A DNA stretch of 59,375 bases, counting the filler, from Squatina squatina (taxonomy: Eukaryota): the NCBI GenBank assembly GCA_031763465.1. It is 4 parts of 4 records of this genome, joined end to end, with 100 filler letters (N's around TTAATTAATTAA, not from the genome) between each part and the next. Parts side by side here need not be neighbours in the genome. Positions count along the whole stretch, not along the records: positions 1 to 16,547 come from JARFOE010000004.1; positions 16,648 to 30,718 come from JARFOE010000058.1; 2 more parts are not named here. One strand, given 5' to 3'. Numbering within the stretch: position 1 is the first letter of the stretch; the number at the start of each line of letters is the position of its first letter. The translations under genes were made by a program, and so were the position numbers. Of this stretch, positions 12,180 through 24,052 are shown one piece after another. The notes under the pieces are model-generated. The model was not told the DNA's origin. It ran no database searches and worked only from the letters and a program-made list of their open reading frames with translations.

Positions 12180-12640
12180 CAGCCTTGGCTCATTGGGTAG
12201 CACTCTTGCCTCTGAGTCAGAAAGTCATGAGTTCAAGTCCCATTCCAGAGATTTGAGCATATAATCTAGGCTAACACTTCAGTGCAGATCTGAGGGGGTG
12301 CTGCACTGTAGGAAGTGCCGTCTTTCAATCTCAGGGTTAAGTCGAAGTCCCATCTGCCCCCCCCCCGGGTGGATGTAAACAATCACATGACACTATTTAA
12401 AGAAGAGCACGAGTTCAATGTTCAACTACAATGTTCTCCCTGGTGTCCTGGCCAATATCATCAAAACAGATGATCTGGTCATTTATCTCATTGCTGTTTG
12501 TGGGACCTTGCTATGCATAAATTGGTTGCTGCATTTTCCTGTATAACAATAGTGACTACACTTCAAAAGTACTTCATTGGCTGTAAAGCGATTTGGGACA
12601 TCCTAAGGTTGTGAAAGGTGTTATTGTGAAAGTTCTTCTT
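12180..12640 (+). mobile_element. Near full-length tRNA-derived SINE (SacSINE1/DeuSINE-like)
   Basis: Has an A-box-like TGGCTCATTGG, a B-box-like GTTCAAGTCC and a conserved body that recurs many times in the window. Confidence 0.8.
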
Positions 12641-12831
12641 TCTCTTCTCAGGATCAATTAAGTGAAAGATTATTTTTTCCATAGATGGAACGAGAATTAT
12701 TTAGATCATGAAACCTGGGTTACATGTTTTTGACATGCTCAACTATTTAATGTTACAGTAGGTGGCTGGTGGTTAATTTTTGTTCATCTGCTCGTAGTTC
12801 ATGCTAACTTAATTTACCATTAAATTTACAG

Positions 12832-13411
12832 AGTTCAGAGAAGAGAGACAGCGCATCATAGAAGAAGTAAAGGCCAGAAGAACGCCCATACCAACTTTTG
12901 TGAAATTTGCTGCTCAGCGATCTACAAATGAATCTGGTTTCCCCAATAGTCACGTTCTGGATGCTCTCCATGAAGGCCAAAGTTCTTCAAAGGCTCCTCT
13001 TTCAGACGACAAGAACACACCATCTAGATGGGCTATTTCAAGAGAAGAAAGTAAAAGACCAGTGGACTTGCGGGCATCTGCACAGCAGAAGAGGACCAAT
13101 TCAAAGGCCACCTGTGTGAGTGGGTATTTTCGGAAGAACACCAGTCTTGGTGATCTAAGGCAGTCTCCTGCCACAGCAAGGAAACTGGACAAGCTGGTCA
13201 GTGAGATCCGAAGGGAAACCAATGTGATCATTCCTGAACGTGATCGGAAGATTGCGGCATTAATGTTGGTCAAACATCAGGAAGAACAGGAGAGGCTGGA
13301 ACAACGTCTCAAAGCCCAGCAGTTCTGGGATAAACTGAAGAGGGCAGAAAGATTAGCACAAATGAAGGAGGAGACTGAAAGGCAAAAAGGCTTAATCAAG
13401 AGTATTGGCAG
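12832..13411 (+). CDS. CCDC185/CCDC177-family coiled-coil protein, internal exon
   Basis: Translates to SLGDLRQSPAT...PERDRKIAALMLVKHQEE...QQFWDKLKR, matching the CCDC177/185 signature as recalled. It has a branch point GCTAAC, a TTTACAG acceptor and an AG|GTGACC donor. Its position next to SUSD4 suggests CCDC185. Confidence 0.75.
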
Positions 13412-13930
13412 GTGACCATATTAAACATTATTTTCTTTTTAGAATTTAGTGATGGACTTCAGAAGGGATTTTGCTTCATGAGGCCATGTCAACTAATTTG
13501 CCCTATTTTTAATTCATCACCTTGCATTACTCCTCCCTTCTCCATTTACCATCCCCAGTGAGAGACCTGTAATCAATTGTACTTGCCGTTGGTGGTATAT
13601 AGCTTAAAATACTCTCCAGTCACAACCCAAGTTTTGAAGGACAGTTCATAGGCACTGTATGACACAATTTCACATGCTACTGAAATTCTATTGAAAACAA
13701 AATTCTAAGGGTTTGTTACCTCAAAATTTAAGACAATTATCATTATACTTTACTCATATCTTAGTGACAATGCAGCCATCCTGTATCAGTTCAATAGTTA
13801 CAGTTTTGGTTTCNNNNNNNNNNNNNNNNNNNNNNNNNNNNNNNNNNNNNNNNNNNNNNNNNNNNNNNNNNNNNNNNNNNNNNNNNNNNNNNNNNNNNNN
13901 NNNNNNNNNNNNNCAGACAGTTGAACACAC

Positions 13931-14110
13931 CTCCTTGCCACGCAATGCAGTTGCCAACCTGATCAACAATGAACATCAGAAGGAAGCCCATTACAAGGGA
14001 GACACCAATGATGAAGTGGGGGGGTGCAAGCTGTTTTGTGCCAGCCTGTTTTCCGTCAGACACCTCGGGTTCTGTGAGAACTTGACTCTGTGATATATTC
14101 CTTTGGTGAT
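13931..14110 (-). CDS. Zinc transporter ZIP9 (SLC39A9)-like exon containing a TM helix
   Basis: HFIIGVSLVMGFLLMFIVDQVGN matches ZIP9 [23 protein letters not shown] as recalled. It has a TTACAG acceptor and GTGTGT donor and is a 180-nt phase 1-1 exon. Confidence 0.75.
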
Positions 14111-14775
14111 CTGTAATTTCAGACAAAATGTTATTTCAAAATGTATATGGCAAAATACATTTTTAGTTTCTTCCATCCACACCACCCCTTCCCTCCCCTC
14201 CCCCACTGTGTGTATTCCCTTCTTGACGGGTCAGGATTAAAGCCTTGCTCCCAGGCCTCGACTTTAAACAGTAGGAAATGGAACAGATATTGAAATATCT
14301 AACCTGGAGGGGAGGACTGGAAATATTCAAATATCTAAACCTATAGGGAAGAGTTGAAATACTTAAATACAGCTAAGTTACTGGCTGTGTGACGCAGTGG
14401 ATGGAGGATATGTCCTGGGGTGTAACCCCACTGATGGGAGATTAACGGGGCCCCATCTGAACCAAGGCTAATTGCTGTATCTCACTNNNNNNNNNNNNNN
14501 NNNNNNNNNNNNNNNNNNNNNNNNNNNNNNNNNNNNNNNNNNNNNNNNNNNNNNNNNNNNNNNNNNNNNNNNNNNNNNNNNNNNNNTGTCACAAACTTTG
14601 TTTTTGTAAAAGGAATAAATCAGCAATGAACAAGGAGAATTGCTATTTTTTTTTCCAAAAAGCAGAAACTGAACCAGTCCAATCACTCAAAAATATTTTT
14701 CCAAATGTTGCTGCTCAGCCAGCCCACGATTCAGATAAAAACGTTGAAAATCATCTTTTTAAAATAAAGACACTT

Positions 14776-15470
14776 GGGGCTGGAAATTACGTAGTGCCCC
14801 TTTTGGGGCGTTAACTTTTCAGGTAGCACAAAAGTATCACCAGGTGAAAAAAATTTGCAGCTGACGGGAACTTCCGGTTTAGCGCTCCAAGTGGGAAGTG
14901 GAGCAATAAATCAAGCGCTATCACTTCCCTTAGAGTGCTAAAGTGAGTGAGAAGGGCAATAGCGGCAGAGCGCTGCACAGCATTCACTGCAGCGCTGCCA
15001 TCTTAGAAGGCTCCTTCCCTTGCTTAAAGGGAAGGGCCAATGTTGGTTTGATTCAATCTTCATCATTACTCTATGGGGCCACGGGACCTGCGCTAGGTGC
15101 ATAACAGCCCCAACCACAATCGGGGGGTACAAAAAAACCAAAAGATACCAGACTGGGGAGAATAAAAAAAATTTCCCCCCTCCCCTGACCACCACTGCTT
15201 TTAAATAGCGCTCCCTAAGCGGCCAGCCGAGGTGACGGCGCCGCCTGCAGCTGCCTTTGTTGATCATCGGCGATGCTGCCAGAGGCGGGAGCATCCGGGG
15301 CGCTGCAGACCGGATGTCGCCATGATGTATGGAGCACTACAGAACGAGGCGGTAAGTGCCAGCACAAAACTGCCCGGGAAGTTCGCGGGCGTCAGTGAAC
15401 CCCTTGGCGCCTCATTACCACCCCCCCGGAGACGCTATGAGGAGGTGTAAACCAGGCCAAATTTCTCCCC
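14776..15470. mobile_element. Non-autonomous DNA transposon (Harbinger-like MITE)
   Basis: CpG-rich block bounded by imperfect inverted termini GGGGCTGGAAATT...AATTTCTCCCC. Similar ends begin near 15594, 30657 and 34360. Confidence 0.55.
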
Positions 15471-15758
15471 TTAAAAATAAAATGTTTCACCATGAAATGA
15501 TTGAAGTTGCCTGTAAAACTATCTTGTGTATCAATCAAAATGCTAGAATCTATTATTAGGGATGTGGTAACAGGGCATTTAGAAAATCATAATGGGCCTG
15601 AAATTACAATCTCCCCGGGTGGGAACGATGTTCCCACACACCCTGGGAGACATCGCAANNNNNNNNNNNNNNNNNNNNNNNNNNNNNNNNNNNNNNNNNN
15701 NNNNNNNNNNNNNNNNNNNNNNNNNNNNNNNNNNNNNNNNNNNNNNNNNNNNNNNNNN

Positions 15759-16150
15759 CCAAAGTCTAAATTATTAATATAAATTGTGAACAACAGTAGT
15801 CCCAACACTGATCCTTGTGGAATACCACTACCCACCTTCTGCCACTCTGAATAGCTACCCTTTCCCCCTACCCTCTGCTTTCTGTCTTGATGCCAGCCCT
15901 GACTCCGCATTCCCCGACCTTTTCATTAGTCTATTATGTGGTACCTTATCAAAGGCCTTTTGAAAATCAAGAAAAATGACATCTACTGCATTAGCCTTAT
16001 CGCGTCTCCCTGTAACCTCTACAAAAAATTCAATTAAGTTGATCAAGCAAGACTTTCCCTTTTGATATCCATGCTAACTATTCATTATTATATTTTTGGT
16101 TTCTAATGTTCTTTCATTTTCTCCTTTTGTAGGGATTCCATTATTTTTCC
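15759..16150 (-). mobile_element. CR1 LINE RT fragment (frameshifted)
   Basis: Translates to NAVDVIFLDFQKAFDKVPH and, in another frame, SGIPQGSVLGLLLFTIYINNLD. Confidence 0.9.
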
Positions 16151-16591
16151 TACCACTGATATTTGCCAGCCTGGAAAGGTGGGCACGCCTGATGCTGTAA
16201 GTAAGATCCCACACATCATATTGCTAGATCTCTGCATGCAACCTGACTCGTCTCCTGTACAGAGCTGGTGTTGCTCTAGCAACAATCATGAAAAATTAAC
16301 CAAGGGGCCCTTAAATTTCGTGTCAGTTTCCAACGCGCGCGGTGTCAATGCTCTTCCCACAGATGTTCTTTCAGGGTTGTGCGGGTGCCACTATCTGCAT
16401 GTACTGCATATTTAATTTACAAATACATTGTGGCTAATCCTTCCAGTGGGACTATCAGACTGCATCTTTCTAATAAATTATTGAGACTGGAATATTAAAT
16501 ATTTCAAAAGCCATCTGCTTATTAGATGGAAGCTCAGCCCCAAACTGNNNNNNNNNNNNNNNNNNNNNNNNNNNNNNNNNNNNNNNNNNNN

Positions 16592-16603
16592 TTAATTAAT
16601 TAA
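16592..16603. other. Artificial assembly linker TTAATTAATTAA within an N run
   Basis: Palindromic 12-mer with stops in all six frames, centred in a 100-base gap. Confidence 0.95.
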
Positions 16604-18874
16604 NNNNNNNNNNNNNNNNNNNNNNNNNNNNNNNNNNNNNNNNNNNNTTGCTTGTTCATGATTTACCCCAGTATAATAAATTTAATACATGTGAAAGCAC
16701 CTAGCTATTGGCCAATTCACAAAAGGCACAGATTAAAAAATGTACGTCTCATAAACCAGTTTTAATTCCTGGTCTGTGCTCAGCAGATCTCACGATAGAG
16801 GCACTATGAGCGGTTTGCATGCTGTATATGCAGTGATGGTGCATTTTCCTAGCTTTGGAGCATCGAAAATCAGACCCAAAGCCAGCCTAAAGATGCAGTC
16901 TGGGACAGAGGCAGCCACGTAGGAGTAACAAGTGCTCTTGTAATGATAATATTGAGGGTGCCATGTGCTCAAGATTCTCACACTGAATGGAGCCGCCCCA
17001 TCTGTCATTGCAGCTCCCTGGAGTATCAGAATTTGAAACCAAACATCATCCTACTGAGTCCTTGTAATGAGCTCAGCCAAGGAAAGGTTTGCTCTTCCTC
17101 TCCCCTCCTCTACCATCCCATCTCGGCCGCTTGAGACCCAATGCTCAGCCTCTTCCCACTCGCCTGACCAAGTTACCAGCTGGTGTTACAGCACTCTTCT
17201 CACTGGCACTTTAAACATTCAGAACCCTTGATTTTAAACAGATTCAACATATTTAACAAGTTGGAATACAGCGATTAGTCTGGTCACCATGCCGCACAAA
17301 GAAAAAATTGGAAAGGATGCACAGAAGACCAACTTATGTAAAACCAATGAGCCATGAGGAAGGAGGAAGACATAATTCAAGTATATGAAATATTGAATGA
17401 TATAGATAAACTGAGGTTAACTTCGAAGTACGTAAACACAGTGCAGCAAAAAAGATATAAGTGGAAAGTAAAAAGTAAATTTAATACAGATCTTAGGAAA
17501 AAAAATCTGTATTCAAGGCTGATAAATGTTTGAACTGATCTACTCGGTCAGGTAGGGGAATTGAAAGCATTTCGGGGAGTTCCAGATGCAGTGGAGCTCG
17601 GCTGGGAGAGATGATGGGTGAGCAGAATGGACTATCTGGCCATAAGAGGTGTTTTTTTCTTTCCCCTCCATGGCAGCAGTGAACTGTGAGTTCGGACGGT
17701 CTGAACCAACAGAGGCTGCCGTTTATTCAGTCAGACTGAATGCCCAGCCGGCCTGCCAAGGCCAGCCGTGTGGGGTGTACAAGTGCCAGCTGGTATGGGC
17801 TTTCCTGCAGCAGCAGGGCAGGTGCGCAGCGAGAAATGCAAAGTCATGCTCCTGACTTCTCAACAATCGTGCACGTGCTGGTGTTTTTCTAAGAACCAAG
17901 AACCAACACGTAGCAGACAGCTTCCATTTGAGGCAGGTCTGCACAACATAAATTGACGACAAGTCCCATGAAACTAATCCTGCTAATTACTATTAGCACA
18001 GATTGGTGCGGGGGTGCCAAGAGGCAAACTCTGAGACTATCTGTGGCTTTGTGCGTGCTCTACCAGCCCTGATAACACTGAAGCTGCAAGCAGTTTGTGC
18101 AACAACAGTTTAGCAACTTCCATTTGCATCAAGAGGATTTGAGTACAGGAGTGAAGATGTCTTACTGCAATTATATCGTGCCTTGATGAGACTGAACCTG
18201 GAGTACGGTGTACAGTTTTGGGGCGGCCAATTCCAGGGAAAACTTTTGGNNNNNNNNNNNNNNNNNNNNNNNNNNNNNNNNNNNNNNNNNNNNNNNNNNN
18301 NNNNNNNNNNNNNNNNNNNNNNNNNNNNNNNNNNNNNNNNNNNNNNNNNCGCAAGACCTGCACCTTCGTTCCCAGTACAACATTGGTGATGCCCCCCATG
18401 GCTGAATAATGAAATCCGTAAAACTCAAAACTGGCCACGTAAAGCCACTTTTGAAGGTAAGTAAAAGACTATAACACTTTTTAACACTCCCTTCAACCCC
18501 ATTTACATTTTTTTTAAATCGCGATTTAAATCATTTAAATTTTTGCGCTCATTTAGATGATAAACTTTTTTTCCCAACCGGGTGTCACTGCCAAAAAAAC
18601 CCGGCAGTGTCACCGCTACTTTTAAAAAACTATCAGCTCACCTGAGTTCCCGGGCGGCCGGCCATTCTCAGTGTAGCGCGCACTGATGATGTCATGGATG
18701 CCACCAAGTGCCGTACATTGAGTTTCTGCCGCTGCATGGGCAGCGTCATTTTGTATACCGCGTTAGGCCCCGACTAATTTCCTAGCGCGGCACTTAAGAC
18801 AGAAAAACAGCGTTCGCGCGACGATATACTGCTGCCGGTAAGTGACTCATTGGGCGCCCTAACATTTTCCAGGT

Positions 18875-19510
18875 CTCCCCCAATGGCTCAGTTGGTTAAG
18901 ACAGTGTGTATTGAGCCATATAGACCAGAAAGTAACAGGATTGATTCCCTGTTTGAGCTGAGTTTACTGATCTCACCCGGTGCAGCATTAACTACATTAC
19001 AATCAGCCTCAGCTTCCGTGATCTAATGGGGGGAAGGGGAAGGTGACCAGATGTCCCACTTTTGCCAAGATAGTCCTGGTTTTTCACGAAACGTCCCAGT
19101 GTCCCGACAGTTGTTTGAAAATGTTTGAAATGTGCCAATTTTTGGGCTCACTCGACTGCGCATCCCGGCAGAGACCTAACTGCACATGCGCAGTCCCGTG
19201 GGAGATTTAAATGCACATGCATAGACTGGAACGTTAGTTTTGTCCTGGTTTTCAGTTTTAAATATCTGGTCACCCTAAGGAAGGGGCAAAAAATGCAAGG
19301 GTTCCTATGCCTAATTGCTATCCAGTGATTCATGCTGAAATGTGGGTGTGTGTGAACATCAGGAGAAGGCAGGATCTAGCTTAGAAGGGATGCCCCACCC
19401 ACAGTTAAGTAACCTACTGAAACTCACTGTCTGGGCTCACATATGTAGAATCTCCACTTGGATAAGGTACCAGACAGAAACTGACACCTGTACGACTATA
19501 CCCTAGCAAA
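18875..19510 (+). mobile_element. Second tRNA-headed SINE-like family, interrupted by a hAT MITE
   Basis: Has a TGGCTCAGTTGG A-box. Related sequence appears near 16765-17020 and 40130-40320. Confidence 0.5.
19039..19277. mobile_element. hAT (Blackjack-like) MITE
   Basis: Termini are GAAGGTGACCAGAT...ATCTGGTCACCCTA. The 8-bp flanks GGGAAGGG and AGGAAGGG match at 7/8 positions, consistent with a TSD. Confidence 0.8.
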
Positions 19511-20119
19511 GGGGAGAACGAGGGGTGCTTTTAAAGAACACCTCGGAACATTTTGTGAACAGGCAATACAATGAACAGCTAAGTTACTGGTGGGTCATCT
19601 CCCCACAAACCATTGATGGCGTACATGAAATCTTGCATACTGAACAGCAGGAATCAAATGCTGGAGTTGGGCACTCAGGAAATGCGCTGCAGTTGAATGA
19701 TCTTTACTGCCTAGCAACCAGGTTGCAAGTATTTGAACACTATCTGATTACAGTCACGAATCACTGGTATATGACACATCAGCGTGATTTCATTTTTGGA
19801 GCAGTGCAAAGTGACAGGGAGTGAATGCACAGTGATGAAAGAAGACTGCTGTAAAGCTTGGTGAACGATAGTGAAAATCTTAACATAATGTATGTCAAAT
19901 TACATATAATGCATTTGCATGAATGCTGGTCAAAATAATCCTTGAAGAGATATACCTTTGTTGTGAAGTGCATTGTGTAGTTAGCACACTTTGCCAGTGT
20001 TTCTATTAGAGATTTCTACGAGAGCTTTTATCTAAGGTACTAATATGCACACACATAACACAAGATTGTTTTGGGGAAGGGAACTGAGGTGTAATTATCA
20101 AGTGCTGTAATAAGAACAT

Positions 20120-20372
20120 GAATCATAGAATGGTTACAGCACAGAAGGAGGCCTTTTGGCCCGTCGAACCCGTGCTGACCCTCTACCAGAGCCCTTCAGC
20201 TAGTCCCACTCCCCCGCCCTTTCCCCGTAGCCCTCCAGTTTTTTTTTCCTTCAGGTACTGATCCAACTTCCTTTTGAAAGCCATGATTGAACCCGCCTCC
20301 ATTGCCCTTTCAGGTGGTGCATTCCAGATCATAACCACTCACGGTGTAAATAGGTTTTTCCTCATGTCGCCT
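20120..20372 (-). mobile_element. CR1 LINE 3' end
   Basis: Starts atcatagaatggttacagcacagaaggaggcc, the reverse complement of a CR1 tail. Confidence 0.7.
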
Positions 20373-20380
20373 TTATAAAT

Positions 20381-20580
20381 AAAAAATGCTGGAAAAATTC
20401 AGCAGGTCAGGCAGCATCTGTGGAAAGAAAAACAGAGTCAATGTTTCGGGTCAATGACCCTTCGTCATCGACCCGAAACGGTGACTCTGTTTTTCTCTCC
20501 ACAGATGCTGCTTGACCTGCTGAGTTTTTCCAGCATTTTTTGTTTGTATTCTAGATTCCAGCATCCGCAGTATTTCGCTT
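20381..20580. mobile_element. Penelope-like-element-derived inverted repeat
   Basis: Near-perfect inverted arms of about 78 bp (AAAAAATGCTGGAAAA...GGGTCAATGAC and GTCATCGACCC...TTCCAGCATTTTTT) around a loop of about 5 nt. Confidence 0.7.
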
Positions 20581-20969
20581 CTGAAGTTACAGCTCATTGT
20601 GTGATTCTTTATTTCAGTATTTTCTAAATCAAATTTAAAACACTTGTCCATTATCTTTTCGTGCACACATGGACCGGTGATTCAAGGTAGAATCACAAGT
20701 CAAAACATAGTTAAACAGGATTAATTAGTTGGAATATTGCAGGAGTGAATTTTTAAAAACTCTCATTTTGTCACATCTCTTAGTAGCATCCCGAAGCACT
20801 TGATGAAATGCAGGACAGGACTAAGGAGGAGCGCGTCAATGTAATTGGAAGAGTCGATGCTTGCTGGCAGCTAAACCCAAAGATTCAGAGCTCATAGGGC
20901 CCGCCGAAAGGTGCAGTTTTGTGGCTTGCTATCAACAGTTTATGATGGAGAAATTTTCAAATGTGCTAA

Positions 20970-21190
20970 GCAGCATCTACAATTAGGGACCTTCTATGGA
21001 GGAGTCCGCAAGTCAAAGGTTTCACGGTAGCAGTGGGACACCCACTGACAGAATCGTCCTTGCTGTGGAATTGGTTTCCAGGTTTGGATGCAGAAGTGTG
21101 CACAGTTCTGTGAGGGCCTCTTTGGGGAATCGTAGCCGCCTCATACAAATTTTTTGGGACATGTCCAGGTACAACTGGCTGTCCCACAAA
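20970..21190 (-). mobile_element. Harbinger (HARBI1-like) transposase remnant
   Basis: Translates to YLDMSQKICMRRLRFPKEALTELCTLLHPNLE...TARTILSV, resembling the N-terminal region of PIF/Harbinger transposases. It is frameshifted afterwards. Confidence 0.7.
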
Positions 21191-23394
21191 CAAAGATGAT
21201 GATGCAAAGTTCTCTCCTAAGTGATCCCTCAAGGGGCTTAAGTGCCTGTCTGTCTCATCACCTCTGGTCCTCCTCCTCCATCGTGTCGGCAAATGTAGAG
21301 GGCTGCGAACAGGGAATATTCACAGCAAGTATATGGAAAGCAAACAATGAAATATCTCCTGGAAAACTGATACATATAGCAGGTGGAGCCCAGCTTTAAG
21401 AAGCTTTCGGTAAGTTCCTTTCTTGCAAAACAGTAAAGTAGCTAAATTGATTCTCAGGTTAAAAGAAATGCTNNNNNNNNNNNNNNNNNNNNNNNNNNNN
21501 NNNNNNNNNNNNNNNNNNNNNNNNNNNNNNNNNNNNNNNNNNNNNNNNNNNNNNNNNNNNNNNNNNNNNNNNTATCTATTCATAGATATGAAGTTTTTAA
21601 AAAATCATTGACTTCCACTTTTTGCAGCAATCTCAATCTGATTTTTGTTTAACGTTTTCTGAATCAGATAACCAACCTTCATAGTATTACTTTCAAAATG
21701 TTTTTTTTTAAAAACAATCGTTAATTATACCACACAGGATAACCAGCCACTGCAGTGATACATTCAAACTATTTGCTAGTTAAAACACTATTGATTGTAG
21801 CATTTCAAAGGTTAATGTATACTTTGATGTATAAAGATGGCTAAATGAAAAAAAACTAGATTTTTCTGAAGCATACATTTAAAATAATTTCAAAGGAAAG
21901 CTGAAAGAGATGCAAAATTAGCAATGCTATATCAAATTAATAAATACTTACCTTCATCCTAATAAAAAAAGTATTTTTTTGTCTCTAAATATATTACCCT
22001 TTTCCTCCAGCTCAAGTACAAAGCCCCCAAATCCAGCAATAACCAACAGCAAAGGCCTGGATGATTTATGTAGCACAAAAGGCCCTGGTGGTGCTACTTA
22101 TGCGTCTCATAGCAACAAGTGCAGTTTCCTATCTCTCTCCACCCCCTCCCCTCCTCACGCACATCAAACCTTGGCACAACAAACTCAAAAAAGATNNNNN
22201 NNNNNNNNNNNNNNNNNNNNNNNNNNNNNNNNNNNNNNNNNNNNNNNNNNNNNNNNNNNNNNNNNNNNNNNNNNNNNNNNNNNNNNNNNNNNNNNNNNNN
22301 NNNNNNNNNNNNNNNNNNNNNNNNNNNNNNNNNNNNNNNNNNNNNNNNNNNNNNNNNNNNNNNNNNNNNNNNNNNNNNNNNNNNNNNNNNNNNNNNNNNN
22401 NNNNNNNNNNNNNNNNNNNNNNNNNNNNNNNNNNNNNNNNNNNNNNNNNNNNNNNNNNNNNNNNNNNNNNNNNNNNNNNNNNNNNNNNNNNNNNNNNNNN
22501 NNNNNNNNNNNNNNNNNNNNNNNNNNNNNNNNNNNNNNNNNNNNNNNNNNNNNNNNNNNNNNNNNNNNNNNNNNCTCCTCCTCCTCCTCTTCCCCTCGCT
22601 GCTACCTCGCTCGTTCATGATCCTGCGTCTCTTTCTCTGCCTTTTTTTTCCCTATTTTCTTCAATACTCGATGCTTCCCTCTACAGGCACAAGAAGAGCT
22701 TCATCTGCCTATTTGTTTACAATCCTTGACTTGCCCATTTTTTGCTTGGCCATTGGCCAGCTACGATATGTAGATTTTATTTAAACCTCAATCGAACCCC
22801 ACCCCCCAAAAAGAAACTTATCTTGGTAATAATATTCATTGTGAATTGTAAATAATATGATTAACAAAGCAAAATATATTTATACTTGCATTTATATATC
22901 ATTAACATTGTCCTGCTCACTGATTATTTTTATAAATCCCATTCACTCATAATCTCAATCCTCACATAGGCAATATATTAGAATATCCTGACCAGTTTCA
23001 TATCTTAATAGTCAAAATAATAACCAGGACACCACGAATCGATCTTCAAATATTATAAGGAGCATGATTTTAATCAGCAGGAGGAATAAGTGGGGCTTAC
23101 AAAGACATTTGTATATTTTTTAGTTGGAAAGAAATATTTACATTTTCATGTGCCTTATTGTGTCACTCAGAAACATTTCAAAGTGCTTCACATAGAAAGA
23201 ATTGTTCTGAAATTCAGTGACTGCTGTTACACAGATAAATGCAACTGCCATTTATTCAGAGAAAGATCCACAAACAGCAATGCAATGAATAACCAATTAA
23301 TCAGTTTTTGGTAGTATTGATTGAGGCAGGAAGGTTAACCAGGACTCCAGGGAACTCCCTGATCTTCTTGAATGGTAGTATAAGCTCTTCAACA

Positions 23395-23622
23395 TTCAGC
23401 CTTGGCTTAGTGGTAGCTCTCTTGCCTCTGAATCAGAAGGTTACAGGTTCAAGTCCCATTCCAGTGACTTGGGCACATAATTTAGGTTGACGCAGCACTG
23501 TGGGAATACTGCACTGTTGGAGGTGCTGTCTTTTGGATGGATGAGGCCCCATTTGCCCTCTCAGGTGGACATAAATAATCCCAGGGCACTCTTTGAAGAA
23601 GAGCAGGGGAGGTTTCCTGGTG
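23395..23622 (+). mobile_element. SacSINE1-like SINE (5' part), preceded by an inverted SINE fragment at about 23135-23390
   Basis: Same head and body as the copy at 12180. Confidence 0.8.
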
Positions 23623-23880
23623 NNNNNNNNNNNNNNNNNNNNNNNNNNNNNNNNNNNNNNNNNNNNNNNNNNNNNNNNNNNNNNNNNNNNNNNNNNNNNN
23701 NNNNNNNNNNNNNNNNNNNNNNGACAAAGACTGATTTTATTAACAAAATTGAATAGCTTCAATATATCAAATATAAGTTATTCAAAGTCCTGTGAAACAA
23801 AATTATGGAGTGGTTGTCTGAAAGCAAGTCTTTAGAACTCATCATCATGTTGCTTTAAACTTGTTTATATGAAATTGCAG

Positions 23881-24052
23881 AGCTAAGACGGTGCAAATGG
23901 AAAAAATTAAAGCTCGGTTGAAGGCAGAATTTGATGCACTGGAGTCTGAAGAAAGGCACCTGAAAGACTATAAACACGAAATGGATCTTTTGCTCCAAGA
24001 GAAGATGGCTCATGTAGAAGAACTGCGATTGATCCATGCAGATATCAATGTG
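23881..24052 (+). CDS. ZC4H2: ZC4H2 exon 2 (coiled-coil region)
   Basis: Translates to [57 protein letters not shown]. It has a TTGCAG acceptor and GTACGT donor and is 172 nt. It is absent from the supplied ORF track. Confidence 0.93.

Noticed and set aside
12180-12260. tRNA gene
   Set aside because: The A/B boxes run straight into a SINE body repeated across the window.
17649-17962. Cys-rich overlapping ORFs
   Set aside because: No recognisable family and no consistent exon boundaries.
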